The notes under the pieces are model-generated. The model was not told the origin of the DNA and searched no databases. It saw nothing but the letters and a program-made list of their open reading frames with translations. The translations under genes and the position numbers were made by a program. 64,000 nucleotides of DNA from a virus. The stretch covers positions 1 to 64,000 of IMG/VR virus record IMGVR_UViG_3300032308_002092. One strand, written 5' to 3'. This document shows, in pieces, positions 38,985 to 48,091 of the stretch (position 1 is its first letter; each line of letters begins with the position of its first letter).

Positions 38985-39649
38985 TGGCCGATGATCACAA
39001 GAAAGTCCTAGACTACATCCTCGCCTCCCACTCACCTACGATTGGCGGGACCATACATCGTATGCGCGAGAAGTACCCCCATCTGAAAGACCAGGATCCG
39101 GGTGATCTCTACGAAGCTGCGACCAACGCGGCCATGACCGCTATCCACGGCCACGACCCAGACCGCGGCGCTAAGCTGTCGACCTACATGAGTCAGAAGA
39201 TCGCCAACGCCTTGCTTCAGCGCTTTCAACCTAGAGACGTAGCTGCAACCGACAGGGCAATGGCATCTGCAACTAGACCCGCGCAACAGCGTGACGTCGA
39301 CAGCGTAAGATCCACTGCGCCTTCTGCCTCCCGCGGCGAGATCGAGTCTGCTGGCGGTTCGGTGTCAGAAGACGGAGCTACCTCGGGTGTCTCAATCATA
39401 CGTAATACGGCAGCTGACTTTGCGGCTAGGAATCCCCACATACGGGCAGAGCTAGAGCGCAAGACAAAGAACTACGAGGCACAGCAAGCGAAGAAGCAGC
39501 CAGTGGTGCAAGAAGCGCCACCAGAGCTGCCCAAGCCTAAACCAGAGCAGCCGAAGATGATCGTCCGCAGGAAGCAAGTAGAGTCTTCACTGCAGCCAGA
39601 GCACCTAGATAGAATGAAGCGAATCGATGGGAAGAAGGTAACAGAGTAA
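38984..39649 (+). CDS. Sigma-70 region-2-only protein with disordered tail
   Basis: DLYEAATNAAMTAIHGHDPDRGAKLSTYMSQKI resembles sigma region 2.2-2.4; no region 4. Confidence 0.6.
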   Translation: MADDHKKVLDYILASHSPTIGGTIHRMREKYPHLKDQDPGDLYEAATNAAMTAIHGHDPDRGAKLSTYMSQKIANALLQRFQPRDVAATDRAMASATRPAQQRDVDSVRSTAPSASRGEIESAGGSVSEDGATSGVSIIRNTAADFAARNPHIRAELERKTKNYEAQQAKKQPVVQEAPPELPKPKPEQPKMIVRRKQVESSLQPEHLDRMKRIDGKKVTE

Positions 39650-40470
39650 TGTCAAAGACCAATACACCAGATATCCCAATATACCCATTTCAAGCAACTG
39701 AGCTCGACAACTCGGTCGATCGCTATGGCGAGATACCCACAGTACAGACCATGAGAGATGTCTATTTGTTTGGCGTACCCCTCAAGTCCTCACTCACCGG
39801 ACAAGAAGTCAACGACACGATGATACAGACTTTCATCAATGCTGCTATTGGGCAACTCGAGATGGATCTGAATATCACCATCACGCCAACTACTTTCGAT
39901 GAGCGCCACGACTGGATTAGGCAGCAGTGGACCCACTCGTTTGGATGGCTGAAGCCAAACCACAGACCTATCATCAACGTGTCTGAGATGTCAATCGTGT
40001 TTTCGAATGACGAGCAGCGCTCAGTAACATTTCCCAATGAATTCATCTATGTTAACTCGCAAGATGCCGCGATACAGGTAGTCCCAGCGATCGGTACGTC
40101 AATGCAAGGCTTCCTAGTCTCAGTGTTCGCTGGTTCCCAGATGTGGGCACTATACAGTCAAAACCTAGGTTCGTTCCCCGGAGCAATTAGAGTTGTGTAT
40201 AAGGCGGGCTTCGAGAAGGACAAAATTCCATACATGATCTCCTCACTTATTGGGTTGATCGCTTCGTATAAACTACTTACGAACATAGGTCCGTTGATCT
40301 TCCCATTTGGGTCGTACTCGATAGGCGCAGACGGCTTGTCACAGTCGATCTCAAGCCCGGGTCCGCAGTTCTTGGCACAAAGGATCAACGACCTAAAAGA
40401 TCAGATAGAGCAAGAGATGCAGATAGCAAGACACTACTTCCTGGCTTCGCCACAGATAGATTGGTTGTAA
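39649..40470 (+). CDS. Head-tail connector/neck protein
   Basis: I..AI..LE.DLNI.I.P, RPIINV, V.YKAG, S.S.GADGLSQS pattern of large-phage neck proteins. Confidence 0.7.
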   Translation: MSKTNTPDIPIYPFQATELDNSVDRYGEIPTVQTMRDVYLFGVPLKSSLTGQEVNDTMIQTFINAAIGQLEMDLNITITPTTFDERHDWIRQQWTHSFGWLKPNHRPIINVSEMSIVFSNDEQRSVTFPNEFIYVNSQDAAIQVVPAIGTSMQGFLVSVFAGSQMWALYSQNLGSFPGAIRVVYKAGFEKDKIPYMISSLIGLIASYKLLTNIGPLIFPFGSYSIGADGLSQSISSPGPQFLAQRINDLKDQIEQEMQIARHYFLASPQIDWL

Positions 40471-40472
40471 CA

Positions 40473-41435
40473 ATGAAGATAAAAGCACTACACAAAGGCA
40501 AGTGGCACGACGTCAAAGATATCACCAAGTGTGACGATGGCGTAGAGTATCAACTAGAGGGTATCAACGGCAAGACCTATGCCAAGGACATCAAGGACCT
40601 TGACCTAGATAAAGGTGAAGTCACTAACCCAGATGGGTCAGTAACTCGTTTCCCCGGCAAGGAGCAGCTTAAGAAGCCCTTGGCTAAGGGTATAAATCTA
40701 ATGGACAAATGGGCATTACTGAAGGCTCGTCTCAACCACAAGAACGCCTTCCAAGACATGGATATATTTACCGATGATGACGAAGAAGCCGATGACGACC
40801 GAGCTGACGGTTCCACAGACGCTGATAGCGCTGGAAGCATACCGGGAGGACCTGGAGGCCAAGAACGAGCTGGATACGACCAAGATCCTAATTCGCCTGG
40901 AGGTGATCAGGCAGGAGTTCCGCAGGAAGATCCACGTGGACTCCTACGAGATGATGGACGGGGAGGAGCTGATCAGGAAGCAGATCGACCGGTCCAGGAT
41001 AATGAAGGACTTCAGCAACCTGATGCCGCCTCAGAGGAAGGCCCTGGTGAACCTACTGATAACGCTGAACAGTCTGGAGATCTTCCGCCACTAGAAGGTG
41101 AAGAACTACAAGAAGCCTTGAAAGAGATCGGCTACTCTGACACCGAGATAGCATACATCCTACACGGCCATTCGCCTGCGATTCCCTCACCTGAGGAGCT
41201 TAAGGCGCAGCAATCACAGCAGAACATGTCTCAAGACCAAGAGGGTCACCACCTCACACTAGACCAACGCACTGAGGAACACGACGTAGACCTAGATCAC
41301 AAGAAGAAGATGCACGAGCTAGAGCTAGAGTACGCTAAGCGTGAGAAAGAGCTTAAACTGAAGCATCTGGAAGAGGAACTAGCCATAAGGCGCGATAAGA
41401 TGAAGAGTAAGGATTCTTCTGGAGGTGCTAAGTGA
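40473..41435 (+). CDS. Acidic low-complexity protein with C-terminal coiled coil
   Basis: ATG 40473; LDKG/LAKG sites; central disordered segment. Confidence 0.7.
   Translation: MKIKALHKGKWHDVKDITKCDDGVEYQLEGINGKTYAKDIKDLDLDKGEVTNPDGSVTRFPGKEQLKKPLAKGINLMDKWALLKARLNHKNAFQDMDIFTDDDEEADDDRADGSTDADSAGSIPGGPGGQERAGYDQDPNSPGGDQAGVPQEDPRGLLRDDGRGGADQEADRPVQDNEGLQQPDAASEEGPGEPTDNAEQSGDLPPLEGEELQEALKEIGYSDTEIAYILHGHSPAIPSPEELKAQQSQQNMSQDQEGHHLTLDQRTEEHDVDLDHKKKMHELELEYAKREKELKLKHLEEELAIRRDKMKSKDSSGGAK
40774..41094 (+). CDS. Nested overlapping ORF (+1 frame) encoding a predicted helical ~100-aa protein
   Basis: Globular composition and G/C-ending codons in this frame, while the host frame is disordered over the same span. 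Confidence 0.5.
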   Translation: MMTKKPMTTELTVPQTLIALEAYREDLEAKNELDTTKILIRLEVIRQEFRRKIHVDSYEMMDGEELIRKQIDRSRIMKDFSNLMPPQRKALVNLLITLNSLEIFRH

Positions 41436-42652
41436 GCGAAGAGATCAAGAAATCTAAGAACGGCCAATGGGTGCTAGAGAAATCCTACTCCGACGAGGAA
41501 AGAAAGAGAAGAAACCGCGCTAGGTTCTTTGCGTCGCAAGCAGAAGAGATGAAGCAGCAGAAAGAAGAAGACAAAGAGGCTGACAGAAAAGCAAACTTGT
41601 CTAATCCGTTTACGGGTCGTATCGACTCATTCAAGCCTGAAGATCCAAAAGCCGATTGGAAGAGCCGAATAGAAGATATCAGCAACAACCCTCTCTCAAC
41701 CAAGCCGGGCGTGGACTCCTCTAGTATGCAGCTGTCCCCTCAAGTTGCTTTTCAGCAAAAGAAAAAAGCCATGGCTCAAGCAGAGGCTAATACCAAGGCT
41801 GTTCAAGATGCGAATCACCAAAAGCACATGGGTGAGATACTAGCGGGCAGGAAGCAGCCAGTGACCATGTGGGAGAAAGCCGCTCTAGTTGCGCACATGA
41901 AGCAAAAACACGCAGAGATGTCTGCACCAAAGTCGAGTCCACAGTCGGTTAAGTCAGGCTCGCAACCAGTAAAGCCTAGTGGCATGATAGTAAGAAGAAA
42001 AGAAGACATGAATAAATCAGACATGAGTAAAGCAGACTACGAGATGGATATGTCAAACCTCATCGAGCTACTACATCATATCAAAGAGCTAAAGGCCAAC
42101 CTACAAGAAGGCGATGAGCTCCCAGACTGGGTCTCAGCTAAGTTGACCCTTGCTACCGACTACCTCTCCCGCATTGCTCACTATGTCGACGGCAAGAAGG
42201 AGATGGATAGCCCGCTCAACAAGATCGCACAGCTAGAGAAAGCACTCAAGGACCTCAAGAAAGAAGATGCTTACTGGCAGAACAAGAAGCCAGTGAACCA
42301 GATCGACCGCGAGAACCAGAAGGCGGTACAGCAGTATCGCCAACAAAAGATGGGTGTTGGTCAAGGCTCTGGACCAGATGTCCAAGTAGGCTCTGCACCT
42401 AGACTTACAGGTGTAGCTAAAGAGTACCAAATGGGTACTACTAAATCCAATAAGCCCATCATGTCGTGGCCAGAGCATGTAGCTCACAATGACTTTAATG
42501 AGGCAGATCACGGCGAAGCTTTCGCTGCACACAAGAAAATTAGGGACGAGCTACGCGCTGACCGAGGTGCTAATCCTAAGTTGGCAGATCACCACCACAA
42601 CGCTGCCGAGTATCACTCCAAGATGCAAGCGAAGCTGAGGTCTGGTAGATGA
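41432..42652 (+). CDS. Putative internal head polyprotein with KNGQWVLEKS leader
   Basis: GGAGG RBS, GTG start; sites MNKS, MSKA, LEKA; ELPDWVSAKLTLATDYL module. Confidence 0.75.
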   Translation: MSEEIKKSKNGQWVLEKSYSDEERKRRNRARFFASQAEEMKQQKEEDKEADRKANLSNPFTGRIDSFKPEDPKADWKSRIEDISNNPLSTKPGVDSSSMQLSPQVAFQQKKKAMAQAEANTKAVQDANHQKHMGEILAGRKQPVTMWEKAALVAHMKQKHAEMSAPKSSPQSVKSGSQPVKPSGMIVRRKEDMNKSDMSKADYEMDMSNLIELLHHIKELKANLQEGDELPDWVSAKLTLATDYLSRIAHYVDGKKEMDSPLNKIAQLEKALKDLKKEDAYWQNKKPVNQIDRENQKAVQQYRQQKMGVGQGSGPDVQVGSAPRLTGVAKEYQMGTTKSNKPIMSWPEHVAHNDFNEADHGEAFAAHKKIRDELRADRGANPKLADHHHNAAEYHSKMQAKLRSGR

Positions 42653-43311
42653 GCAGATGCTGGGAAGGATACAAGCCCACTCCGGGTAAGAAGCCTTACT
42701 CAGAAGGCTCTTGCATAGAGAAGACAGACTTCGAGCCCGACAGCCAATATGTAAAAGTGTCGGGTCACGATGGGTGGCATAAAATTCTAGATATTAAAGA
42801 CACCAACATCCCAGCGCACAAGCCTGGCGGCGGCAACAACTATACGGTGCAGTGCGTTAAAACAGGCAAAAAGCAAGTAGTGCATCAGTCTAAGGTTTCT
42901 TCTCATTCTTTTGGCGACGACATAGAAGAGCTGAGTAAGTCTGCTGTTGTTTGTTTTTACAGTGATGGATCCGTAGACTACGTTGCAGCTCATGATTTTA
43001 GCGAAGCAGCTGAGTCAGCGTTAATTAAACACCTAGAGTCACTAGGTTACACTGAAGACCTATCTAAGGGTCTCAAAGCAGAGCACAAGTCATCTAAGGG
43101 CGGCATGACTGCTGCTGGTGTTGCGGCTTATCGTCGCGAGAACCCAGGCTCTAAGCTTCAAACTGCGGTTGGAGAGAAGAACCCAACTGGTAAGCGAGCA
43201 AAGCGCAGACGTTCGTTCTGTGCAAGGATGTCTGGTAACGATGGCCCTATGAAGGATGACAAGGGTAGACCAACTAGGAAGGCTCTGGCGCTCAGAAGAT
43301 GGAGATGCTGA
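42649..43311 (+). CDS. Putative internal head protein with CWEGY module and C-terminal DUF6321-like basic domain
   Basis: CWEGYK...GSC; LSKS and LSKG sites; GG.TAAG...Y.R.NPGSKL...RR.SFCARM.G...ALRRW.C. Confidence 0.75.
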   Translation: MSRCWEGYKPTPGKKPYSEGSCIEKTDFEPDSQYVKVSGHDGWHKILDIKDTNIPAHKPGGGNNYTVQCVKTGKKQVVHQSKVSSHSFGDDIEELSKSAVVCFYSDGSVDYVAAHDFSEAAESALIKHLESLGYTEDLSKGLKAEHKSSKGGMTAAGVAAYRRENPGSKLQTAVGEKNPTGKRAKRRRSFCARMSGNDGPMKDDKGRPTRKALALRRWRC

Positions 43312-43736
43312 TGAGCTTAATCTCTTTTGCTAAAAATGGTCAGTGGCGCCTCAACAAATCAAGCGGTATCTCGCTGGACAAGATCAACCACTTCGAGGGA
43401 TCCGACCTTGCTCCCGCAGAGCATCACTACTCAGTGAACAAAGACGGCAACTCCATCGGTAGAGCTATAGTCTTCGACAAAGACCCTAAGTCTATACACG
43501 AAGCGGGTAGGACAGGTCCATCACTAAAAGATATTCGCCTCAAGCCAGAGCATCAGGGGCAAGGCCACAGCAAGCAGATCATAGACCAACTGACCGCAAT
43601 TCACGGTCCTCTTTCTTCCGACTCCAGGGGTAATATCTCTGCTGCGGGCAGCAAGATGTTCGACGCCTACGGTACAAAACACAAAGACAGCAATGGAACT
43701 AGTTTTCACGTGCTAGGAGACCATGATGCCAAGTAA
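43311..43736 (+). CDS. GNAT-fold acetyltransferase-like protein with KNGQWRLNKS leader
   Basis: TGATG-coupled start; IRLKPEHQGQGHSKQII acetyl-CoA motif A. Confidence 0.7.
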   Translation: MSLISFAKNGQWRLNKSSGISLDKINHFEGSDLAPAEHHYSVNKDGNSIGRAIVFDKDPKSIHEAGRTGPSLKDIRLKPEHQGQGHSKQIIDQLTAIHGPLSSDSRGNISAAGSKMFDAYGTKHKDSNGTSFHVLGDHDAK

Positions 43737-44181
43737 GAAAGAACTGATCGCCGAGCACGAGAAACTAATCCCTGTGCTCCGAGAAGGTACAAAAGAAGAG
43801 CGCGAGAAGGAAGCCGACGAGCAGGAAGGCGAGCTCGCTGATATGAAGAAAGAGCAGCTGGTCTTTGCTAAAAACGGTCAATGGAGTTTAGTCAAGATGT
43901 CGAACTACGGTCCAAAAGGCGCTGGTCTCTATGACCCAGTGGTCAACTCTAAGCGTAAAGAGAACAACACGGGTCAATCTGTGGAAGATGCAGGCCGCAA
44001 CAAAAATGTCAAGGAATACACCAATATCCAAGGCACCGCCCAAGCACAGGCCAAAGCCCTTGCAGCCAAGCAAGCTAAACTTAACGCCAAGCAACCGGTG
44101 AAGACAGAGATCCCACCTGAGCTCAAGGCTAGGCTAGAGGCTGAGGCCAACAAGCCAAAAGAAAAAGAAAAGAAATCTTGA
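43726..44181 (+). CDS. Putative internal head protein with internal FAKNGQWSLVK motif
   Basis: AGGAG RBS; acidic N-part, motif, then basic C-part. Confidence 0.7.
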   Translation: MPSKKELIAEHEKLIPVLREGTKEEREKEADEQEGELADMKKEQLVFAKNGQWSLVKMSNYGPKGAGLYDPVVNSKRKENNTGQSVEDAGRNKNVKEYTNIQGTAQAQAKALAAKQAKLNAKQPVKTEIPPELKARLEAEANKPKEKEKKS

Positions 44182-44191
44182 CTCAAACGTC

Positions 44192-44200
44192 TGATATAAT
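44192..44200 (+). promoter_or_regulatory. Extended -10 promoter TGATATAAT
   Basis: Intergenic, heads the fibre module. Confidence 0.55.
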
Positions 44201-44259
44201 TTAGGTACATTTGGGTGTTACAAGGGTAGCACCGTCAGGAAAATCGAGCATCGGAGTAT

Positions 44260-44844
44260 GTGATGTTGGAAAAACGCTTTTATGCGGTTCCTCCACAACT
44301 GTTAACCACCAATGGTAGCGTCAACGGTTTCATAACTATCGCAAATGCTTCGATTTTACTTAAAGTCAAGCAAATCGTTAACGTCACCGATACCCTTGGT
44401 AATCATAGAACTTATGAAGTAAAACGAGTAGACTTCCCGGATATCGTGTTCCTCGGGCCAATTGGCAAACCTATAGGCACTTACGATGATATGTCTGCCT
44501 ATACTACTGTCAATGGTGCCTTCCTTTTTGCTGATGAGCAGCAACGTACTAAAATTGCAGAGCAAGAGATACCTCGTGCAGTGTATGCTGAAGAGCCTAC
44601 TGTGGCAATTAGATCAACACTAGTTGATACTAGTGGGCGCAGTTATGGTACAGCGATTAATCCTATAAATATAACGGGTTCCGTATCGACAAGCGGTGGC
44701 TTGGTGTTCGACGATATTCAGTTAACTAGAGATAGCGATGGCGATATCACTAAGGCCGTGTATCGACTAGCCACTGTGCCTGTTCTAACTTACGACTTAT
44801 TTTACGACTCCAACAAAGATCTAATAGAGGTGATTAAATCATGA
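44260..44844 (+). CDS. Hypothetical virion protein
   Basis: GGAG RBS; beta-rich; first gene of the fibre block. Confidence 0.7.
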   Translation: MMLEKRFYAVPPQLLTTNGSVNGFITIANASILLKVKQIVNVTDTLGNHRTYEVKRVDFPDIVFLGPIGKPIGTYDDMSAYTTVNGAFLFADEQQRTKIAEQEIPRAVYAEEPTVAIRSTLVDTSGRSYGTAINPINITGSVSTSGGLVFDDIQLTRDSDGDITKAVYRLATVPVLTYDLFYDSNKDLIEVIKS

Positions 44845-45056
44845 CAGTAAAAGATAAGACCAAGATCGAGTTTAATGTGTTCAACCCGACGCAGCCATTT
44901 GACTTGGTGAAGGTTTTTAATGAAAATCGTATCGTTACTCATCAGTATACCCCAGCCGGAAGTAAGCGTGTGCAGTATGATACTTTCTCAAACACTTGGA
45001 TAGTAGAAGACCCACAGATAGTCGTAGATAATGATGGTAACGTTGTTGTTATTTAA
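44841..45056 (+). CDS. Hypothetical protein
   Basis: GAGGTG RBS, ATGA overlap. Confidence 0.7.
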   Translation: MTVKDKTKIEFNVFNPTQPFDLVKVFNENRIVTHQYTPAGSKRVQYDTFSNTWIVEDPQIVVDNDGNVVVI

Positions 45057-45076
45057 GGTATAGGCGGTAAACAACA

Positions 45077-46030
45077 ATGTCAAAGCATAACGCCTTAGAT
45101 TATAGCGATCTACATTCGCCGTCATCGCAGCAGATAGAGAACACATCAGGTGTTACGCTGCTAAGAGGTACTGTTGTAAGACTAACAGGCTTTGGCATAC
45201 AGTTCCCAACCGTAAACGTCGCCAACCCATTGGTGTCTTCTAATTTTGGCATTGCACAATCAGATATTCTCCCTGGCGACGTAGGCTTTGTCACTTGTAT
45301 TGGTCTAATGCGAGAGCTAGATACATCTGCTTTTGTTGTAGGAACACCGCTATACTCCACAACCGCTGGTGTGCTTTCATCCGTAGCACTAGGACCCATA
45401 GTCGCTAGTGTTTTAAAGCAAGACGCCATAGATGGTGTACTTTACGTAGTTGCTGCTGTCGATCTAACGAGCGGAGGTGCCGTACCATGGGACGTAAACG
45501 GTAACGGAGGCACCAACCCTGCCTCTAATTTCATCGGCACCACAGATTATCAAGGTCTTTCAGTAAGAACAAACAACATCGAAGCTGCTAGATTTACAGA
45601 GCAACAGCGTTTTGGCCTAGGTACTGCAACACCGGGCCTTCATTTTGAGCAGAGATCGCACTCATCTACTAACGCCTCGGGTCTTCAGACCGAGACGTTC
45701 TATCTCGAGACGAACTCTAACCTGCCGCAGACTGCTTACTCCCTGACACTCGCGAACCCTGAAGTCATGCGTTTTACATTTGAAGCTACTGCTAGAGCCA
45801 TCGATGGGTCTGGACGAGCGTTGTTTACTAGAACTGGGCTAGCATATAGAGAGTCATCAAACGTGCAGCTGCAGGGTGGTACTTGGGAAACCGACAACAC
45901 TATAAAGTCCAATAACGCTTATTCCGTGAGTTATCAGTTGGGTGTCTCGTCGATTACTTTTCGTGTTAAATCAGCAGTATCCAGTGAGACGCGGTGGACC
46001 GGAAGGGTTATAGTACAGCGCGTGGTATGA
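45077..46030 (+). CDS. Fibre/spike-like protein with capsid-cement-like N-terminal domain
   Basis: N.SG.TL..G.VV...GI....I..G..G.V...G pattern; W...GN.GT.....FIGTTD; FGLGTATP. Confidence 0.65.
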   Translation: MSKHNALDYSDLHSPSSQQIENTSGVTLLRGTVVRLTGFGIQFPTVNVANPLVSSNFGIAQSDILPGDVGFVTCIGLMRELDTSAFVVGTPLYSTTAGVLSSVALGPIVASVLKQDAIDGVLYVVAAVDLTSGGAVPWDVNGNGGTNPASNFIGTTDYQGLSVRTNNIEAARFTEQQRFGLGTATPGLHFEQRSHSSTNASGLQTETFYLETNSNLPQTAYSLTLANPEVMRFTFEATARAIDGSGRALFTRTGLAYRESSNVQLQGGTWETDNTIKSNNAYSVSYQLGVSSITFRVKSAVSSETRWTGRVIVQRVV

Positions 46031-46066
46031 TACTAGTACCAGTTTTAATTAAAAAGAGGTGTGTAT

Positions 46067-48079
46067 ATGGCTATTATAACAGGTAGAATTACAGTAAACG
46101 AAAAGCAGATTCTCGAAGTAGATGCTGTCCCCTCCTCTGGCGGCGGTACATCGGCGGAAATCGGTTCGTTGGCCATGTTTACGACCGGCTCTGTGGGTAC
46201 GGTCTACATAAAGACTGGAGCTGCAGATACAGCATGGGACCAGGTCTCAACATCTACCGCTTCCGGTACCATCGAAGCGGGTGTAGCTGGGCGCCTAGCT
46301 CTATATCCAGCTTCTGGCAATACACTTAACGATCAATATACTCAAAACTCTCAGCTTATTGACGTTAATATCGCGCCGCAAGGCACTAGAAGTGCTGCTA
46401 TAGCCTACACCATCCCCAATCCTGGAGATGCGGTAACTGCTGCCTCCTTTGTATTGACCGAAGGTGCTACAACTATTAATGGCGCCTTAACTCTAACTAG
46501 TCCTCTAGCGATGTCAGGCCAAGGCATTACTGGACTTGCGAATCCGATCAGTGCGCAAGATGCTTCGACTAAGTTTTATGTCGACTCCGTTGCGCAAGGT
46601 TTAACTTGGAAAAACTCTGTTCGCGCTTCTACAACTGCAGCAATCACGCTTTCGGGTGCTCAGACGATTGACGGCGTGTCGGTAATTGCTGGAGATCGAG
46701 TACTAGTTAAAAACCAAGGATCTGCAATCGCAAACGGTATATACGTCGCAGCCGCTGGCGCTTGGTCTCGCTCTTTGGATATGGATGGTGGTACAGAAGC
46801 TATTGGTGCCGCTGTATTCGTAGAAGAAGGTACTACAAACGGAGATACAGCGTGGGTCCAGGTAACTGATGCTCCTGCGACTATCGGTACCGATCCGCTT
46901 GTTTTTACTCAGTTTGCCGGTGCTGGTACTTATACCGCGGGCAACGGCTTGTCTTTGACAGGTACTCAGTTCGCTGTAAACCTTGCTTCCGCATCTGGCT
47001 TGACCTTTACCTCTGGCGCTCTAGACCATCTACTAGATGGTTCTACGCTATCTAAGTCCGCTTCTGGACTTCGCGTTGCTCTTCTTGGAATTACAAATGC
47101 GGAAGTCTCAGCATCAGCCGCGATTGCAAGATCTAAGCTTGCTTCTGGAACCGCTGACCATGTCTTGATCAATGATGGCTCAGGCGTGATGAGCTCAGAA
47201 GCCCAGCTCGCACTTACACGTGGCGGTACTAACGCCTCGCTTACTGCTGTAGATGGTGGAATCGTTTACTCTGGTGCATCTGCTCTAGCGATCTCAGCTG
47301 CTGGTACTTCTGGTCAAGCTCTCATCTCTGGAGGCGCTGGCGCCCCTACATGGTTCTCTGGCACTGGCGTGGTCAAAGCGACTTCTGGTGTTCTGTCTGT
47401 CGGCAATGTATCCCTTACGACAGAAGTTTCTGGTATCCTGCCAGTCGCAAATGGCGGCACCAACTCCAGTACGGCTCTAAACAGCAACCGTTTCATGGTC
47501 TCAAGCGGTGGTGCAATCGTTGAATCGGCTGCTATCACTGCTGGTCACGTAATCTATGCAAACACAAATGGACTTCCAGCGGGTTCTGCTAACCACTTCT
47601 GGGACAACGCGAACTCTAGGCTTGGTATTGGTATTGCCGCTCCTACTCAGACACTACATGTAGTAGGAAATACTTTATTTGGAACCGGTTCTGCATTCCT
47701 TCACCAAGCGGTTTCTGGCATTACTTGGCGCGAGCAGCAGGCTACAGTTGATACCGTTAATGCTACTGTTGTCTCACTTGATACTTTTACGGTACCCACT
47801 GATACAGTTGTTCTAGTAGAGTTCCGTGTGATCGGTCGTAGAACTGGCGGTATCGGCGGTACCGTTGGTGATTCATCTACGTACGTCAGAACAGCCCGTG
47901 TCCGCAACGTAGGTGGAACGCTTACAATTCTAAATCTGCAGTCTGACTACACGTCCGAAAGCGTCCCTGCAACTAACTGCACAATCGATGTTTCCGGTGC
48001 TGACCTACGCTGCCGTGTAACAGGCCCTGCTACAGCAGACTATACCTGGTTCTCACACGCTAAGATTCTAAACGGATAA
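46067..48079 (+). CDS. Long fibre protein
   Basis: DASTKFYVD, GDRVLVKNQ...NGIY, AGNGL, LPVANGGT, RLGIG fibre motifs. Confidence 0.8.
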   Translation: MAIITGRITVNEKQILEVDAVPSSGGGTSAEIGSLAMFTTGSVGTVYIKTGAADTAWDQVSTSTASGTIEAGVAGRLALYPASGNTLNDQYTQNSQLIDVNIAPQGTRSAAIAYTIPNPGDAVTAASFVLTEGATTINGALTLTSPLAMSGQGITGLANPISAQDASTKFYVDSVAQGLTWKNSVRASTTAAITLSGAQTIDGVSVIAGDRVLVKNQGSAIANGIYVAAAGAWSRSLDMDGGTEAIGAAVFVEEGTTNGDTAWVQVTDAPATIGTDPLVFTQFAGAGTYTAGNGLSLTGTQFAVNLASASGLTFTSGALDHLLDGSTLSKSASGLRVALLGITNAEVSASAAIARSKLASGTADHVLINDGSGVMSSEAQLALTRGGTNASLTAVDGGIVYSGASALAISAAGTSGQALISGGAGAPTWFSGTGVVKATSGVLSVGNVSLTTEVSGILPVANGGTNSSTALNSNRFMVSSGGAIVESAAITAGHVIYANTNGLPAGSANHFWDNANSRLGIGIAAPTQTLHVVGNTLFGTGSAFLHQAVSGITWREQQATVDTVNATVVSLDTFTVPTDTVVLVEFRVIGRRTGGIGGTVGDSSTYVRTARVRNVGGTLTILNLQSDYTSESVPATNCTIDVSGADLRCRVTGPATADYTWFSHAKILNG

Positions 48080-48091
48080 GTCGTGGACTGA

